From Podarcis erhardii (lineage: Eukaryota): a stretch of DNA of 64,000 bases. Positions 49,101-57,803 of this stretch are shown here, in pieces. Position 1 is the first letter of the stretch, and every line of letters starts with the position of its first letter. The notes under the pieces are model-generated. The model was not told the DNA's origin and made no database searches. It worked only from the letters and a program-made list of their open reading frames with translations. The translations under genes and the position numbers were made by a program. The DNA lies in the NCBI GenBank assembly GCA_964252035.1, contig OZ176205.1. One strand, 5' to 3'.

Positions 49101-50057
49101 GTTATACGCTCCACGCAGATCCAACTTGGTGAAGATCTTCCCCTTCCTTACGGTTGCCAGGAGATCATCTATCTTGGGCATGGGGAAGGCCTTGGGCTTG
49201 GTCATACTGTTTATGGACCTATAGTCCACAATAAGTCTTTTTTGGGGCGTGTCCTTTTTCTTTACAAAGAAAACAGGACTGCCCCCCACCGCTTTCGATT
49301 CCCGGATGAATCCGCGCTGCAAATTGTGCTCTATGAACTCCCTGAGCTCTTGCATCTCGTCCTCAGACATGGAATACAGCTTTGCAGTCGGCAACTGCGC
49401 CCCTGGCACCAGGTCGATGGCACAATCATAGGGTCTGTGGGGCGGCAACTGGTCAGCTTCCTTCTCGCAGAAAACCTCCAGGAACCCTTCGTACTTGCTA
49501 GGTACTGCCTGCACCATGCCCAGTCGCAGCTGCTGCTCAGCCCCCTCCTCCTGGCACGACTGGATGCAGTTTTGAGCACAGTACGATGAGCAAAAGGTGA
49601 TCTGGCGTTGGTACCACGCTACAGCAGGACTGTGTCTCTCCAGCCAACTCATGCCCAATACTATAGGCGTGTCAGACAGGTGGGTGACATTGAAGCTAAT
49701 GACTTCCCGGTGATCTCCAATCCGCATCACCATGGGAGGCGTCTGATGCACCACTTGCCCTCCAAGCAATTTCCTGCCATCCACCGTGACTACGTTCAGA
49801 GGTGTTGTGGCTGGCAGAAGCGCTATGCGATGCTGCTTGACAAATTGCATCCCCACGAAATCGGCGTTGCTCCCGGAATCGATCGTGAGGGGCACTTCTA
49901 TGGGGGTCCCATCTGGCAACTGCAGTGTTGCGGTGAGCTGCACTGCTGGCTTGGGTGGTAAAGGGTCTGTAGGTTGCAAAAATGCTGAGGACTGTTCTAC
50001 AGATCCGCCTGGCTGAGCCCCAGCATTTGTGCTTCCAGCCAGGCATTGCCGTTTCCC
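45546..50057 (-). CDS. pol: Pol polyprotein (protease, RT, RNase H, integrase, chromodomain, long acidic C-terminal tail), expressed by -1 frameshift
   Basis: No internal stops in the ORF track (45546-50174). Motifs: IDSGS protease, KLDLRGAY and FLDD RT, ETDAS RNase H, H-x6-H..C-x2-C zinc finger, LDF/SDRG/QAER DDE, GPY, and chromodomain EVTEILDSR...W.P. Confidence 0.96.
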   Translation of the reverse strand, partial: GKRQCLAGSTNAGAQPGGSVEQSSAFLQPTDPLPPKPAVQLTATLQLPDGTPIEVPLTIDSGSNADFVGMQFVKQHRIALLPATTPLNVVTVDGRKLLGGQVVHQTPPMVMRIGDHREVISFNVTHLSDTPIVLGMSWLERHSPAVAWYQRQITFCSSYCAQNCIQSCQEEGAEQQLRLGMVQAVPSKYEGFLEVFCEKEADQLPPHRPYDCAIDLVPGAQLPTAKLYSMSEDEMQELREFIEHNLQRGFIRESKAVGGSPVFFVKKKDTPQKRLIVDYRSINSMTKPKAFPMPKIDDLLATVRKGKIFTKLDLRGAYNLIRIREGDEWKTAMFTPLGTYEYRVMPFGLQNGSHVFQAFMHHVLAGLLYKKCVCFLDDILIFSETEEAHEKDVKEVLQRLRENRLYAKLEKCQFDVTEVDFLGYKLSDKGLAMDSAKVRAVLDWKSPRNRKEVQRFIGFANFYRKFIRGFAKETAAITDTLSSKKKRFVWTEQAERSFRKLKSLFASEEQLLHVNPGKPMRVETDASDRAVGAVLLQEDPHGNWRPGAFYSRKLSKAEQNYTIWDRELLAIHAAFKAWRHFLIGAKHTVQVRTDHKNLEYWRTAKLQSQRHMRWAEFFADFDFQIEYVPGDSNVIADALSRKPQYLDEAAPVAAKHIFAPQAWSCAAATVDLDAVRRALQVDQFAQSKMEELRRGVQSGEEFQLRDGLLTRKGALYVPSDELRAKVLQQLHDAPSAGHFGKEKTIELVARDFWWPRMRGEVADYVARCDTCQRFKPVHQKPAGLLEPLETPQQPWERVALDFVTDLPSSRGKTAVLVVVDLFTKMAHFIPCAKVATAEQTAKLFIDHVFKVHGLPQSILSDRGRQFVSNFWQKLLGILNVKINLTSARHPQTNGQAERVNAIMQQYLRCYANQRPAVWVDYLPMAEFAYNNTKHASTGVTPFFANNGRHPRTFPGFVAPGEGVPQGADQFAAELQEVHEELRRHLELAKQAYKVQADKNRREGEEIQVGDWVWLAAQAMPAKSLAKKKLGHRQLGPYQVEAKINPVAFRLALPEGSRVHPVFHRSVLTPYKAPHRFQESDTVTQQHTKSQERERAPRAEPLNEVTEILDSRWGQEGVEYFLVREGAPVSANGWVPGYALDEPLLKDEFHALFPHRPMPAEYFDDWLFTPTCSGSTFHGFSSAEERSPDSNSPRGSCSGVDTEPSYWWDEQPEEDWRRKWLTGPWQAAPDQVPMEEGEENTLGQEPEFEHSYNELQTEEMEVQNLYPASASEERQLPQPAPDERKGGRGGFEGGMDVRVLGREETESEGEEEEDDNEPRLSQSPSSESEDSQKGAPLVRPRGNIEGSSQKEGNEEGILSGSGKAGPAPPSERSGGGGVASVSERAGQEGGRGRSSEQDVLPEREECSTESSVTVERKVRGNVRAPSSNIEARGNEESSEEEPGAKARRRGEQAGEDSASGESRKEGRQGGRKTLRKRKERKRWSSTSLLNWCRGGTDSEGTSNI
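46174..46187 (-). promoter_or_regulatory. Polypurine tract
   Basis: GAGGGGGGGATGGA immediately precedes TGTCAG of the 3' LTR on the element strand, with further G/A tracts upstream. Confidence 0.85.
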
Positions 50058-50815
50058 TGAGGCTCCTCTTCTTGGGTCACTTCTGCTGCTACCGTTGCTA
50101 AAGCTGCAGTGTGCTTCTGGAGCCTCTGGGGACACTCTTTCGCCATGTGCAGTGCACTGTCGCAGATGTAACACTTCCTGGTCCCTCTAGGAGGCTTCGC
50201 CTTCACTGCACCGGAAGCCGGGGCTCTGGCTGTTGCTTGAGCCTTAGCACCACCAAGTTCCATCGGCTCCTCCCCCTGCCTGCCCAGCGGCGAGGGATGT
50301 GACTGACTGAACTCCCTGGGGATGAAAGAAGACGTCCTCGCTGGTGGACGCACCTGCCGTTCTTCCTCATTGTGCCAAAGACGCCCCTCGTGCCTTATCC
50401 CAATCGATAAAGCCCTCTGCACAAGTTCCTCCAGGGTCTGAGGTCTGTCTCCCCTGGCAAGTTCATTCTTAATGGGACCGCTGAGACCCTCCCAGAACAA
50501 ATCCCTCACTTTCTCCTCCTCATCTTTAAAGTCATGACGAAGCAAGTGCAATGCATACAAAACGTCTGCTTTGAAACTGGGATAATGCTTCAGGTTCCCA
50601 TCGAAGTGGGTGACTAGGCTGCCCCCCCTCCTTCCAAGTCCAATTCCCTCTGATCTGGACCCTGGGAACCCTTCCCTGCTTGCACGCTCCCACCTTGTTT
50701 GCAGGTCTTGGCAGCGCTTCTCCATTTCGTCATGCTTCTTCTGAGACGCAAGGACTGCAGCTGTGAGTTCGGACACTGTATTCCGCAGCGCTGTCAGCTG
50801 ATCCTCCGCACTCAT
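49997..50815 (-). CDS. gag: Gag (coiled-coil N-terminus, partial capsid, CCHC zinc knuckle); probably internally deleted
   Basis: ATG at 50815 in a GCC-ATG context (the track starts at an upstream TTG). Contains FDGN..F motif, FWEGLS, PMELG and zinc knuckle CYICDSALHMAKEC, all typical of sushi/PEG10-like Gag. Confidence 0.92.
   Translation of the reverse strand: MSAEDQLTALRNTVSELTAAVLASQKKHDEMEKRCQDLQTRWERASREGFPGSRSEGIGLGRRGGSLVTHFDGNLKHYPSFKADVLYALHLLRHDFKDEEEKVRDLFWEGLSGPIKNELARGDRPQTLEELVQRALSIGIRHEGRLWHNEEERQVRPPARTSSFIPREFSQSHPSPLGRQGEEPMELGGAKAQATARAPASGAVKAKPPRGTRKCYICDSALHMAKECPQRLQKHTAALATVAAEVTQEEEPQGNGNAWLEAQMLGLSQADL
50007..50057 (-). promoter_or_regulatory. Programmed -1 ribosomal frameshift signal (G GGA AAC plus downstream stem-loop)
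   Basis: Slippery heptamer at 50057-50051 in gag phase, with pol in the -1 frame. A 9-bp perfect stem GCCTGGCTG (50044-50036) / CAGCCAGGC (50015-50007) begins 6 nt downstream. Confidence 0.88.
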
Positions 50816-50867
50816 GGCCGTTACCGTTTGTGAGCTTTGCAAAAAAAAAAAAAATTTGCGTTCTGTG

Positions 50868-50879
50868 GAGGGGACTTTC
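50868..50879 (-). promoter_or_regulatory. Primer-binding site, self-priming type
   Basis: Element strand reads LTR..CA|GA AAGTCCCCTC with no TGG tRNA-type start. It is complementary to GAGGGGACTT in the LTR (51026-51017). Confidence 0.8.
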
Positions 50880-51634
50880 TGTCAGAGCCACCCGAGGTCC
50901 CAGCTCACAAGAGACCAAAGTCCAGTCCAAGTTATGTACAAAAGGATTTATTGAAGATCATTGTAGCCATTACATCCCAACTCCGTGGCTCCGCATCTGT
51001 TACCCTTAGATGTTAGAAGTCCCCTCTGAGTCCGTCCCTCCCCTGCACCAATTTAAGAGGCTTGTACTGCTCCACCTTTTCCTCTCTTTCCTTTTCCGCA
51101 GGGTCTTCCTGCCCCCCTGTCTTCCCTCTTTCCGGGACTCCCCAGAGGCTGAGTCTTCTCCCGCCTGCTCCCCCCTCCTTCGTGCTTTGGCACCAGGCTC
51201 CTCCTCAGAGCTCTCCTCATTTCCGCGCGCCTCTATATTTGAACTTGGCGCGCGTACGTTGCCTCTGACCTTCCTTTCTACAGTTACGCTGCTCTCGGTA
51301 CTACACTCCTCCCTTTCAGGCAGGACGTCTTGCTCCGAACTCCTCCCCCTTCCTCCTTCCTGTCCTGCTCTTTCTGACACACTGGCAACTCCCCCCCCCT
51401 CCACTCCTTTCCGACGGGGGAGCTGGTCCCGCTTTGCCACTCCCACTGGGGATTCCCTCTTCGTTCCCCTCTTTCTGACTGCTTCCCTCTCTATTGCCCC
51501 TTGGCCTGACCAGGGGGGCTCCCTTCTGGGAATCCTCTGATTCGCTAGACGGACTTTGGGACAACCTCGGCTCGTTGTCGTCCTCTTCCTCCTCGCCCTC
51601 GCTCTCTGTCTCCTCTCTCCCTAAAACCCTGACA
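50880..51634 (-). repeat. 5' LTR (755 bp)
   Basis: TG...CA ends with 6-bp inverted repeat, adjacent to the PBS and gag start. Differs from the 3' LTR by one extra C in a C-run near 51391-51399 and substitutions at 51449 and 51491. Confidence 0.97.
50947..51056 (-). promoter_or_regulatory. LTR core promoter/R region: TATA-like TTAAAT, predicted TSS about 51026, AATAAA
   Basis: TTAAAT at 51056-51051 lies 25-30 nt upstream of the self-priming sequence. AATAAA at 50952-50947. Confidence 0.6.
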
Positions 51635-51923
51635 CATGTGAAACAAACAAATTTCCTGCAGTGCATTTATATCTATTTTCATATTAGAATACATTTGTCA
51701 TTATTAAGCGTTATCATTTGAAAGCTAAAGTTAACATATTATAGGTGTTAGACGAGAATCTGATTTGACAGAACAAAACAAAAAAACTTGCCATCAAATC
51801 TGTGGTGGCACCTTTCCACTCTTTTATTTTAAAAAATAAATCTGTACCCCAAATTTCAGCTGCAGGGGTGGGGAGAAACATGTCCCAATGTGTCTTATTT
51901 CCATAAAGCAAAAAGAAGGAATA

Positions 51924-52143
51924 TAGTGGTACCTCGGGTTAAGAACTTAATTTGTTCTGGATGTCTTAACCTGAAATTGTTCTTAACCTGAAGCACCACT
52001 TTAGCTAACAGGCCTCCTGCTGCCGCTGCGCCGCTGCTGCACGATTTCTGTTCTCATCCTGAAGCAAAGTTCTTAACCCGAGGTACTATTTCTGGGTTAG
52101 CGGAGTCTGTAACCTGAAGTGTATGTAACCCGAGGTACTACCG
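51924..52143 (+). mobile_element. CAGTGGTACCTCGGGTT-family MITE
   Basis: Slightly mutated TIRs, TA flanks, same interior as the other copies. Confidence 0.88.
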
Positions 52144-52743
52144 TAAATGAAATACAACAAAAACAATGAAAAAGTGGGTAAATGTGGCACCAGCTATCAA
52201 CCAGCATGCCATCATAACAGATCAATCTTATGTTGAGTGTGTACATAGCTCTAGGGAGAGAATTCCAAAGATACGGGGCCAACAGTGAAAAGGCTATGTG
52301 TGAGGGTAAAAAATTAGCTGGGGAATAAAGTTTCATCACCTTTTACACCCCTGCTGTGTGAATGTGTGTGCATGTTTTTGAAGATCATGAAAGTCACACA
52401 TTTACATGGTCTCCCCTTGCACCTCACAGGTCGGTTTCCACTTTGTTTTCTTAGTCCTAACTATAGTTCATGGTGTTTTCCAAGCTATTCCCCCTCCAAA
52501 TGGCTTTGCTTCCAATTCTCCAAGCCATGCTTTGGAGTGTTGTCTGAATTGTGCCAGTGTCTGAGTTGGCAAATACAACATGCTCAGCAAGAAGAATATA
52601 GACACCTCTTTTATCTACAGATGTTTAGAGATATGACACAGGTTTGAAAGTGAGGAGTGCCTTACATAGCAGAGGCTGAGATGTGCAGTAGCGTGAGGAG
52701 AAGAAAAGGGTTTCAAGAAAACAGGAAAAGTCAGAAAATGCAT

Positions 52744-53180
52744 TGTAATGGGGTTGGGGGTTGCTTGTGCGTAAGGCGCAAACTGCTCCAAGCTGAGTAG
52801 TTTGGTTAAAACTTTCCCCTGGCTGGACAGTCAGTACTCCGTGACTGTCTCAAACACTGGCAGAATCCGTCAGTGGGCGTTTCCTGAATTTCCTCCAACA
52901 TAAAAGTTCTTTGACACCAAGTCGTCGCCTAGCTTCCCTGCGCGGAAGCTTTCTGCGCAGAGTGGGCGTCCCAAGGGGAGGTCCTGTGCTCTCCCCGCTG
53001 GTCTCGCTGGAACAGTCCCAGAGCCTTTCCTCCGAAGCTCCCTCAGCCCCCTCTTTCTCCCTGGCATCACGTCTATTTCCTTCCCCAGCGGAAGCTCTCC
53101 CTCTCTCCTTGCTGGTTCCCTCTCCAGCATCATTGGGGAGCCTTACCACCACCCTTGGCTCCGATGGCAGTTCCCTGACA
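52744..53180 (-). mobile_element. Solo LTR of a related but divergent Gypsy family (437 bp)
   Basis: TG...CA ends, with the element strand starting TGTCAGGG as in the full element. Near-perfect 5-bp TSD TGCAT (52739-52743) / TGCAC (53181-53185). Purine-rich U3. Confidence 0.85.
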
Positions 53181-53290
53181 TGCACAATATCATTTAGATA
53201 AATATCTGGATAGAGAAGTTACGGAGCCATTAGGCCCCCAGACCTGAGGTTCTCCACTCCTGGTTTAATTCTGTCTTATATTCATTTTCA

Positions 53291-53981
53291 GAGGGGCAGA
53301 TAGGGCTCATCAACCTGGGAAGGTAGCCCATCTAGGAGAAGAAAAACTCTGATCCTAAACCTCTGCTGCCTTGTAGGATATCTTCAGGAGAAGAAAAGGC
53401 TAAGGAGTAAACCCCACACAAATCTGGAGTAGAGTTTCTAAGATGGTTGGATGACACCTTGTACTCATCCCGTCAACGTCTGTAACCAAGCTGTTCCCAG
53501 ATGTATTGCTCTGCTTTCCCTTGGACCACATCAGTGAGGCTGAGAGCAGGGACATAGAAAGGGGGGTGCAGTGGAGGCGACCAGCCCCAGGTGTCATCTC
53601 AGAGAGGGGTGACCAAATCTCCACTGCACGGATTGCCACAGTGCCGTGATCAGCCTGGGCGGATTGCGCCGCCGACATGTGAATGGCCCCTGGGATGGAT
53701 TGTGCAGCCACGCCGATCGCCCACGTGAGTGGATTACCCTGCCCCTTGGCAGATTGCCCAACCCCCATGGTGCATGGCATGTGCACCACTCCGGGTGCCC
53801 GAGCGGCTAGCTCTGCCACTGGCTGAGAGGGGGTCTTATTATCTGGGCAGCCTCGGACCTCCAGACACACTGCCCAAGCTTGCTCCCTGAGGAGCTCATT
53901 TCAGTGTTGCTAATGCAGCGGTTTGACTTCACCCCTGGAGGCACACTCCATTGTCTCTCAAAACAGATGGATGCCAAGAAC
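53291..53981. mobile_element. Interspersed repeat, probably non-LTR-retrotransposon-derived (RTE/Vingi-like), host of the hAT insertion
   Basis: Recognised from memory of a lizard repeat consensus in which the two flanks are contiguous once the insertion and one TSD copy are removed. Family assignment uncertain. Confidence 0.45.
53547..53821. mobile_element. hAT-type non-autonomous element nested in another repeat
   Basis: Exact 8-bp TSD GCTGAGAG (53539-53546, 53822-53829); imperfect CAG-G-CA-AG termini; GC-rich interior. Confidence 0.75.
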
Positions 53982-54744
53982 ATTCACCTCTCAACTTCTT
54001 TTCCACCACCCAGTGCACATTTTTAAGAGAGTTATTGCTGTAAATTCTTCAATTAAAGCAAATAGCTCCTTCTGCATCAAAGTTGTAGTTCTGTAAAATG
54101 TACAGTTCCATTTTCATTGGCTATATAGCGCTCCAGAGAGACATGTACCCTGTTGCTTGCACTTAGTCATGCCTTAGGAACCCAGAAGCAACAGCATTAT
54201 CATCAGGCAAGTTGGTAATTAAACCTGCAACTTCAGTGGGGTACAAACTTTGTCATGCCCCACGATAATGGCATTGGGGTGAATCATGTCGTTTCAAAAG
54301 AAAAGCTTCTGGAGTAGATTGAGTTCTAAAATAATATGACTGTGACTTCAGGGCCAATGTGCAGGTTATTTTATTGTAGCCAGAAGTAGCAAAACAGAAT
54401 TCAGTTACACTGTCGGCTGCTGGACAAAGAAACAATAAAGACCATTCCCCTATTTTTTTTAGAAATCATAAAATCTAGCAGGTTCGTACTATGAAAGCCA
54501 GTTTATGAACTCTACCTAGTAGTTTCCTTCCAGCCTTTCTCTGCTTCAGTGCTGTCATCTAGAGCCGAGACATTTTTTCAGAAAGAATTTTTGTTCCTGA
54601 TAAAATGTCTGAGCTTTTCCTTTTCCTCACTCCCTTAGAAAAAGAAGGCGACTTTGCAGAATTGTCTCCAACTATTTCCCACCATTTTCCCCCCTGAAGC
54701 AGTTGCTATATCCCCCTCAGTGCCATGTAATTAATGTAAGGCCA

Positions 54745-55010
54745 CACTCACGCAATACATTGAAAGCGCTATGGTACCACATTAACAGTCATGGCTTACC
54801 CCAGAAAATTCTGGGAGCTGTCATTTGCTAACAGTACTGAAAGTTGCTAGGAGGTCCCTGTTCCCCTCACAGAGCTATGGTTCCCAGAGTGGTTTAACAA
54901 CAAATTTCTCTTCCTCAGGGAGTTTGGGAATTCTAGCTCTGTGAGGGGAATAGGGGGCCTCCTAACAACTCTCAGTCCTCATAACCAACAACAGCTCCCA
55001 GAATTCTCTG
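54745..55010. mobile_element. Foldback family copy, right side broken next to a Sauria SINE
   Basis: ACAGTCATGGCTT..AGTTGCTAGGAG..CACAGAGCTA matches 43672-44224. Confidence 0.65.
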
Positions 55011-55032
55011 GGAATTCTGTTGACTGGTTATA

Positions 55033-55383
55033 AAGGTAAAGGGACCCCTGACCATTAGGTCCAGTTGTGGCTGACTCTGGTGTTGCGGCGCTTATCTCAC
55101 TTTATTGGCCGAGAGAGCCGGCGTACATCTTCTGGGTCATGTGGCCAGCATGACTAAGCCGCTTCTGGCGAACCAGAGCAGCGCACGGAAACACCGTTTA
55201 CCTTCCCACCGGAGTGGTACCTATTTATCTACTTGCACTTTGACGTGCTTTCGAACTGCTAGGTTGGCAGGAGCAGGGACTAAGCAACGGGAGCTCACAC
55301 CCTTGCGGGGATTCGAACTGCCGACCTTCTGATCGGCAAGTCCTAGGCCCTGTGGTTTAACCCACAGCGCCACCCGCATCCCT
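55033..55383 (-). mobile_element. Sauria SINE
   Basis: Same structure; 13-bp TSD TTGACTGGTTATA. Confidence 0.94.
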
Positions 55384-56060
55384 TTGACTGGTTATAGTAG
55401 TAGTTTAAATGTATGGCGTGAATGTGACCTAGGTCTGGGGCATTGTGGAAGATACAAAATGGAGTCCAGAATTTCAACACAGCTGCTGCTGCTATCTCTT
55501 GATGTGACAGCAAAAACAAAGCTGGAGGGGAGTTTAAGAAAAATCTGTGTTACTACCACTGCTAAGGGGTGGGGGGTGGGGGGGTGGGAGCCCCACTGCC
55601 ATGAAACTGTTAAAGCATTATTCCTCACCTTGAGAAATTCAGTGAGATGGGCACCCACCAGTTTCTCTGACGGCAAATAGGGTGAAGAATTTTAAGAGGC
55701 CATCTGCACATGGCTCTATTATAAACACACTCTAGGTTGACATCAAGAACATGTATTTAACAAAGTTGACGCGACTCCCAGTCGTAAGAGCCGCTAGTTC
55801 AGTGATGGCCTTTGGCTGTCATCATCTTCAATTGTTATCGAATATCTATGCAAATAGAATGGAGGCTTATCAGTAAGAAATATTCTTTAAAGGACAAGCA
55901 TCTAGAGTTTCTTCATGTATGTGTGTGTGGGGGAGGTGCATGGAGGTCCTTTTTTTGTTCTCTGGATACTGTTCTGTTCAAATCCATCACAGGCTGCCAC
56001 TGGATCAAGGGATGATTCACTGCAGGATACTAAGTGGTACAAAATTGCCCAGGCTCCTTT

Positions 56061-56062
<2 letters not shown>

Positions 56063-56099
<37 letters not shown>
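56063..56099. repeat. (AC)n microsatellite
   Basis: Direct reading. Confidence 0.97.
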
Positions 56100-56102
<3 letters not shown>

Positions 56103-57743
56103 CCCTCTGTGGATGGGGAAATAAACCACAGGCTAAATATCAGTAGGGGATCCATTCAAAGTAATAACAAACCAGTTCATATTCGAAGAGGGAAGGGAAG
56201 GACACTATTTGTGAAGCTTGTGTGCTTCTTAATTCTTTTTTATCTATAATCTGTTTACCTTAAGACTCTTAAAAGTTAGCTCTCTCCACGGACTAGTTAC
56301 TGGTAGTCTTATAGATGGGACTCCTTTGCTGAGCATTGTTAGTTTAGTCGTCTTTCCCTGGAGAATTTTTTTTATCCTTTGTTTGTACACATGCAATTTC
56401 AGTGCTCTGTGTTTCATTTCCTTAAGTTTTTCCTCAAGTTTCACCAGAGTCTTTTTCATCCGCCTCTACCTCAGAAAGGAATGAACGAGAGCTGCCCCTG
56501 AATTTCTAACACCTGAACTGAAATGTCAAGGCACATTTGTTAGTTCTTTCTTGGACCAGGAATATATTGAGGCAGCCAAAGTAAGTAAGACCCAAAGTAA
56601 GCATGATGTCCAATACGTTCTTTTCAAAAAATGCATTTAATATGAAGCCTTTAAAAAAGAAAAAGTAAATAGCATTAACTTGGGAGAGGGGGCTGATAAT
56701 TATTAGGACCACAGCAGGAGTGGAGGGGTAAAATAACCCTTTATTCTCCAACTTTCCCCTGCCCAGTGAGTTTCATGGCAGATGAAATTCTGAATTCAAA
56801 GGGTTTTAGTAAGTGAAGTTAGGGTTGTAGCCTTAATCTGCTTGCTGCTATGAACTTTAAAAGCCAATAAAATGAATTGTTCATTGCATGTATTATTCTT
56901 TTCATATAGAAATAAACGGTCTATTTATCTGGGCTCATCAGCTAACATCACAACCTCTTTGTCAAATAGGAGAGAACCATCTGGAGTTCACTGCTCAGTT
57001 TTGACCATCCATCACCCAAATCTTTGTTTTAAAATCTTGTTTTAAAAAAAATCATTTAAAACATAAATTAAGTCGAGCATTTTGTCTCAACTCCCCCTCC
57101 CCCCACATCACCATTTACCTAGTGTCTTCCTTAAGAGGCAGGGAAATCTTTGGAATTTGATAGAACTTTAGGTATTACATGCACACAGATTTATAAAACA
57201 ACAGAGTGGGGAGACACCTAAGCAACTGAAATCTGTAGCTCTGTGATCATTCTTCCCTCCCAGGGCTTATAGAGAGTGAGTCTATAATAGCAGGCGGGCA
57301 GAAGATGAAAAGGCGATAATCAAATTAGAACCAAAAGCAGTATAGGCTGTATCTAACTTGATCAAATAGAAATGTAAGCAATTAACAAGGGTACCCTTTG
57401 ATAAACAGAGCAATGTTGATCAAACTAAAGATTTTCTTTTTCTTTTTCTTATTATTATAAAAAATAACTGCCTGCCTGCAGTGTGGGGTGGTCTGTGTTT
57501 TCAAGTGGTGCTGTCAAGCAGATGGCAGATGTTGAATCCATTGTAAAAAAAAAAAAAGTAAAGGGGGGGGGGAATACTTCATTCTTTCATGTGGTTACTT
57601 ACTCCAGTTCTGAGACTTACTCTTTGAAACAACCATGTGAGTAGTCCCAAGCTTTACCTGGTGATAAGATAGCCATTGCCTGGCGGCATAATCTAAATTA
57701 CAAATCAATTTGCTTGGAGCTAGGCTTCCCTGATGCCAAGCAG

Positions 57744-57803
57744 ACACACACACACACACACACACACGAGAGAGAGAGAGAGAGAGAGCGCGCGCGCGCG
57801 CGC
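57744..57803. repeat. Compound microsatellite (AC)n(GA)n(CG)7
   Basis: Direct reading. Confidence 0.97.

Larger units (their letters stand above)
45420..51634 (-). mobile_element. Ty3/Gypsy LTR retrotransposon, chromovirus of the Tf1/sushi group, two-LTR recent insertion
   Basis: Direct repeats 45420-46173 and 50880-51634, each TGTCAG...CTGACA. Identical 5-bp TSD CATGT at 45415-45419 and 51635-51639. Internal gag and pol with PR-RT-RH-IN-CHD order, diagnostic of Gypsy chromoviruses. Confidence 0.98.

Noticed and set aside
50058-50174. Independent start of pol at 50174 (MLHLRQC..)
   Set aside because: The start is a GTG inside gag; the slippery site and hairpin explain pol expression by frameshift.
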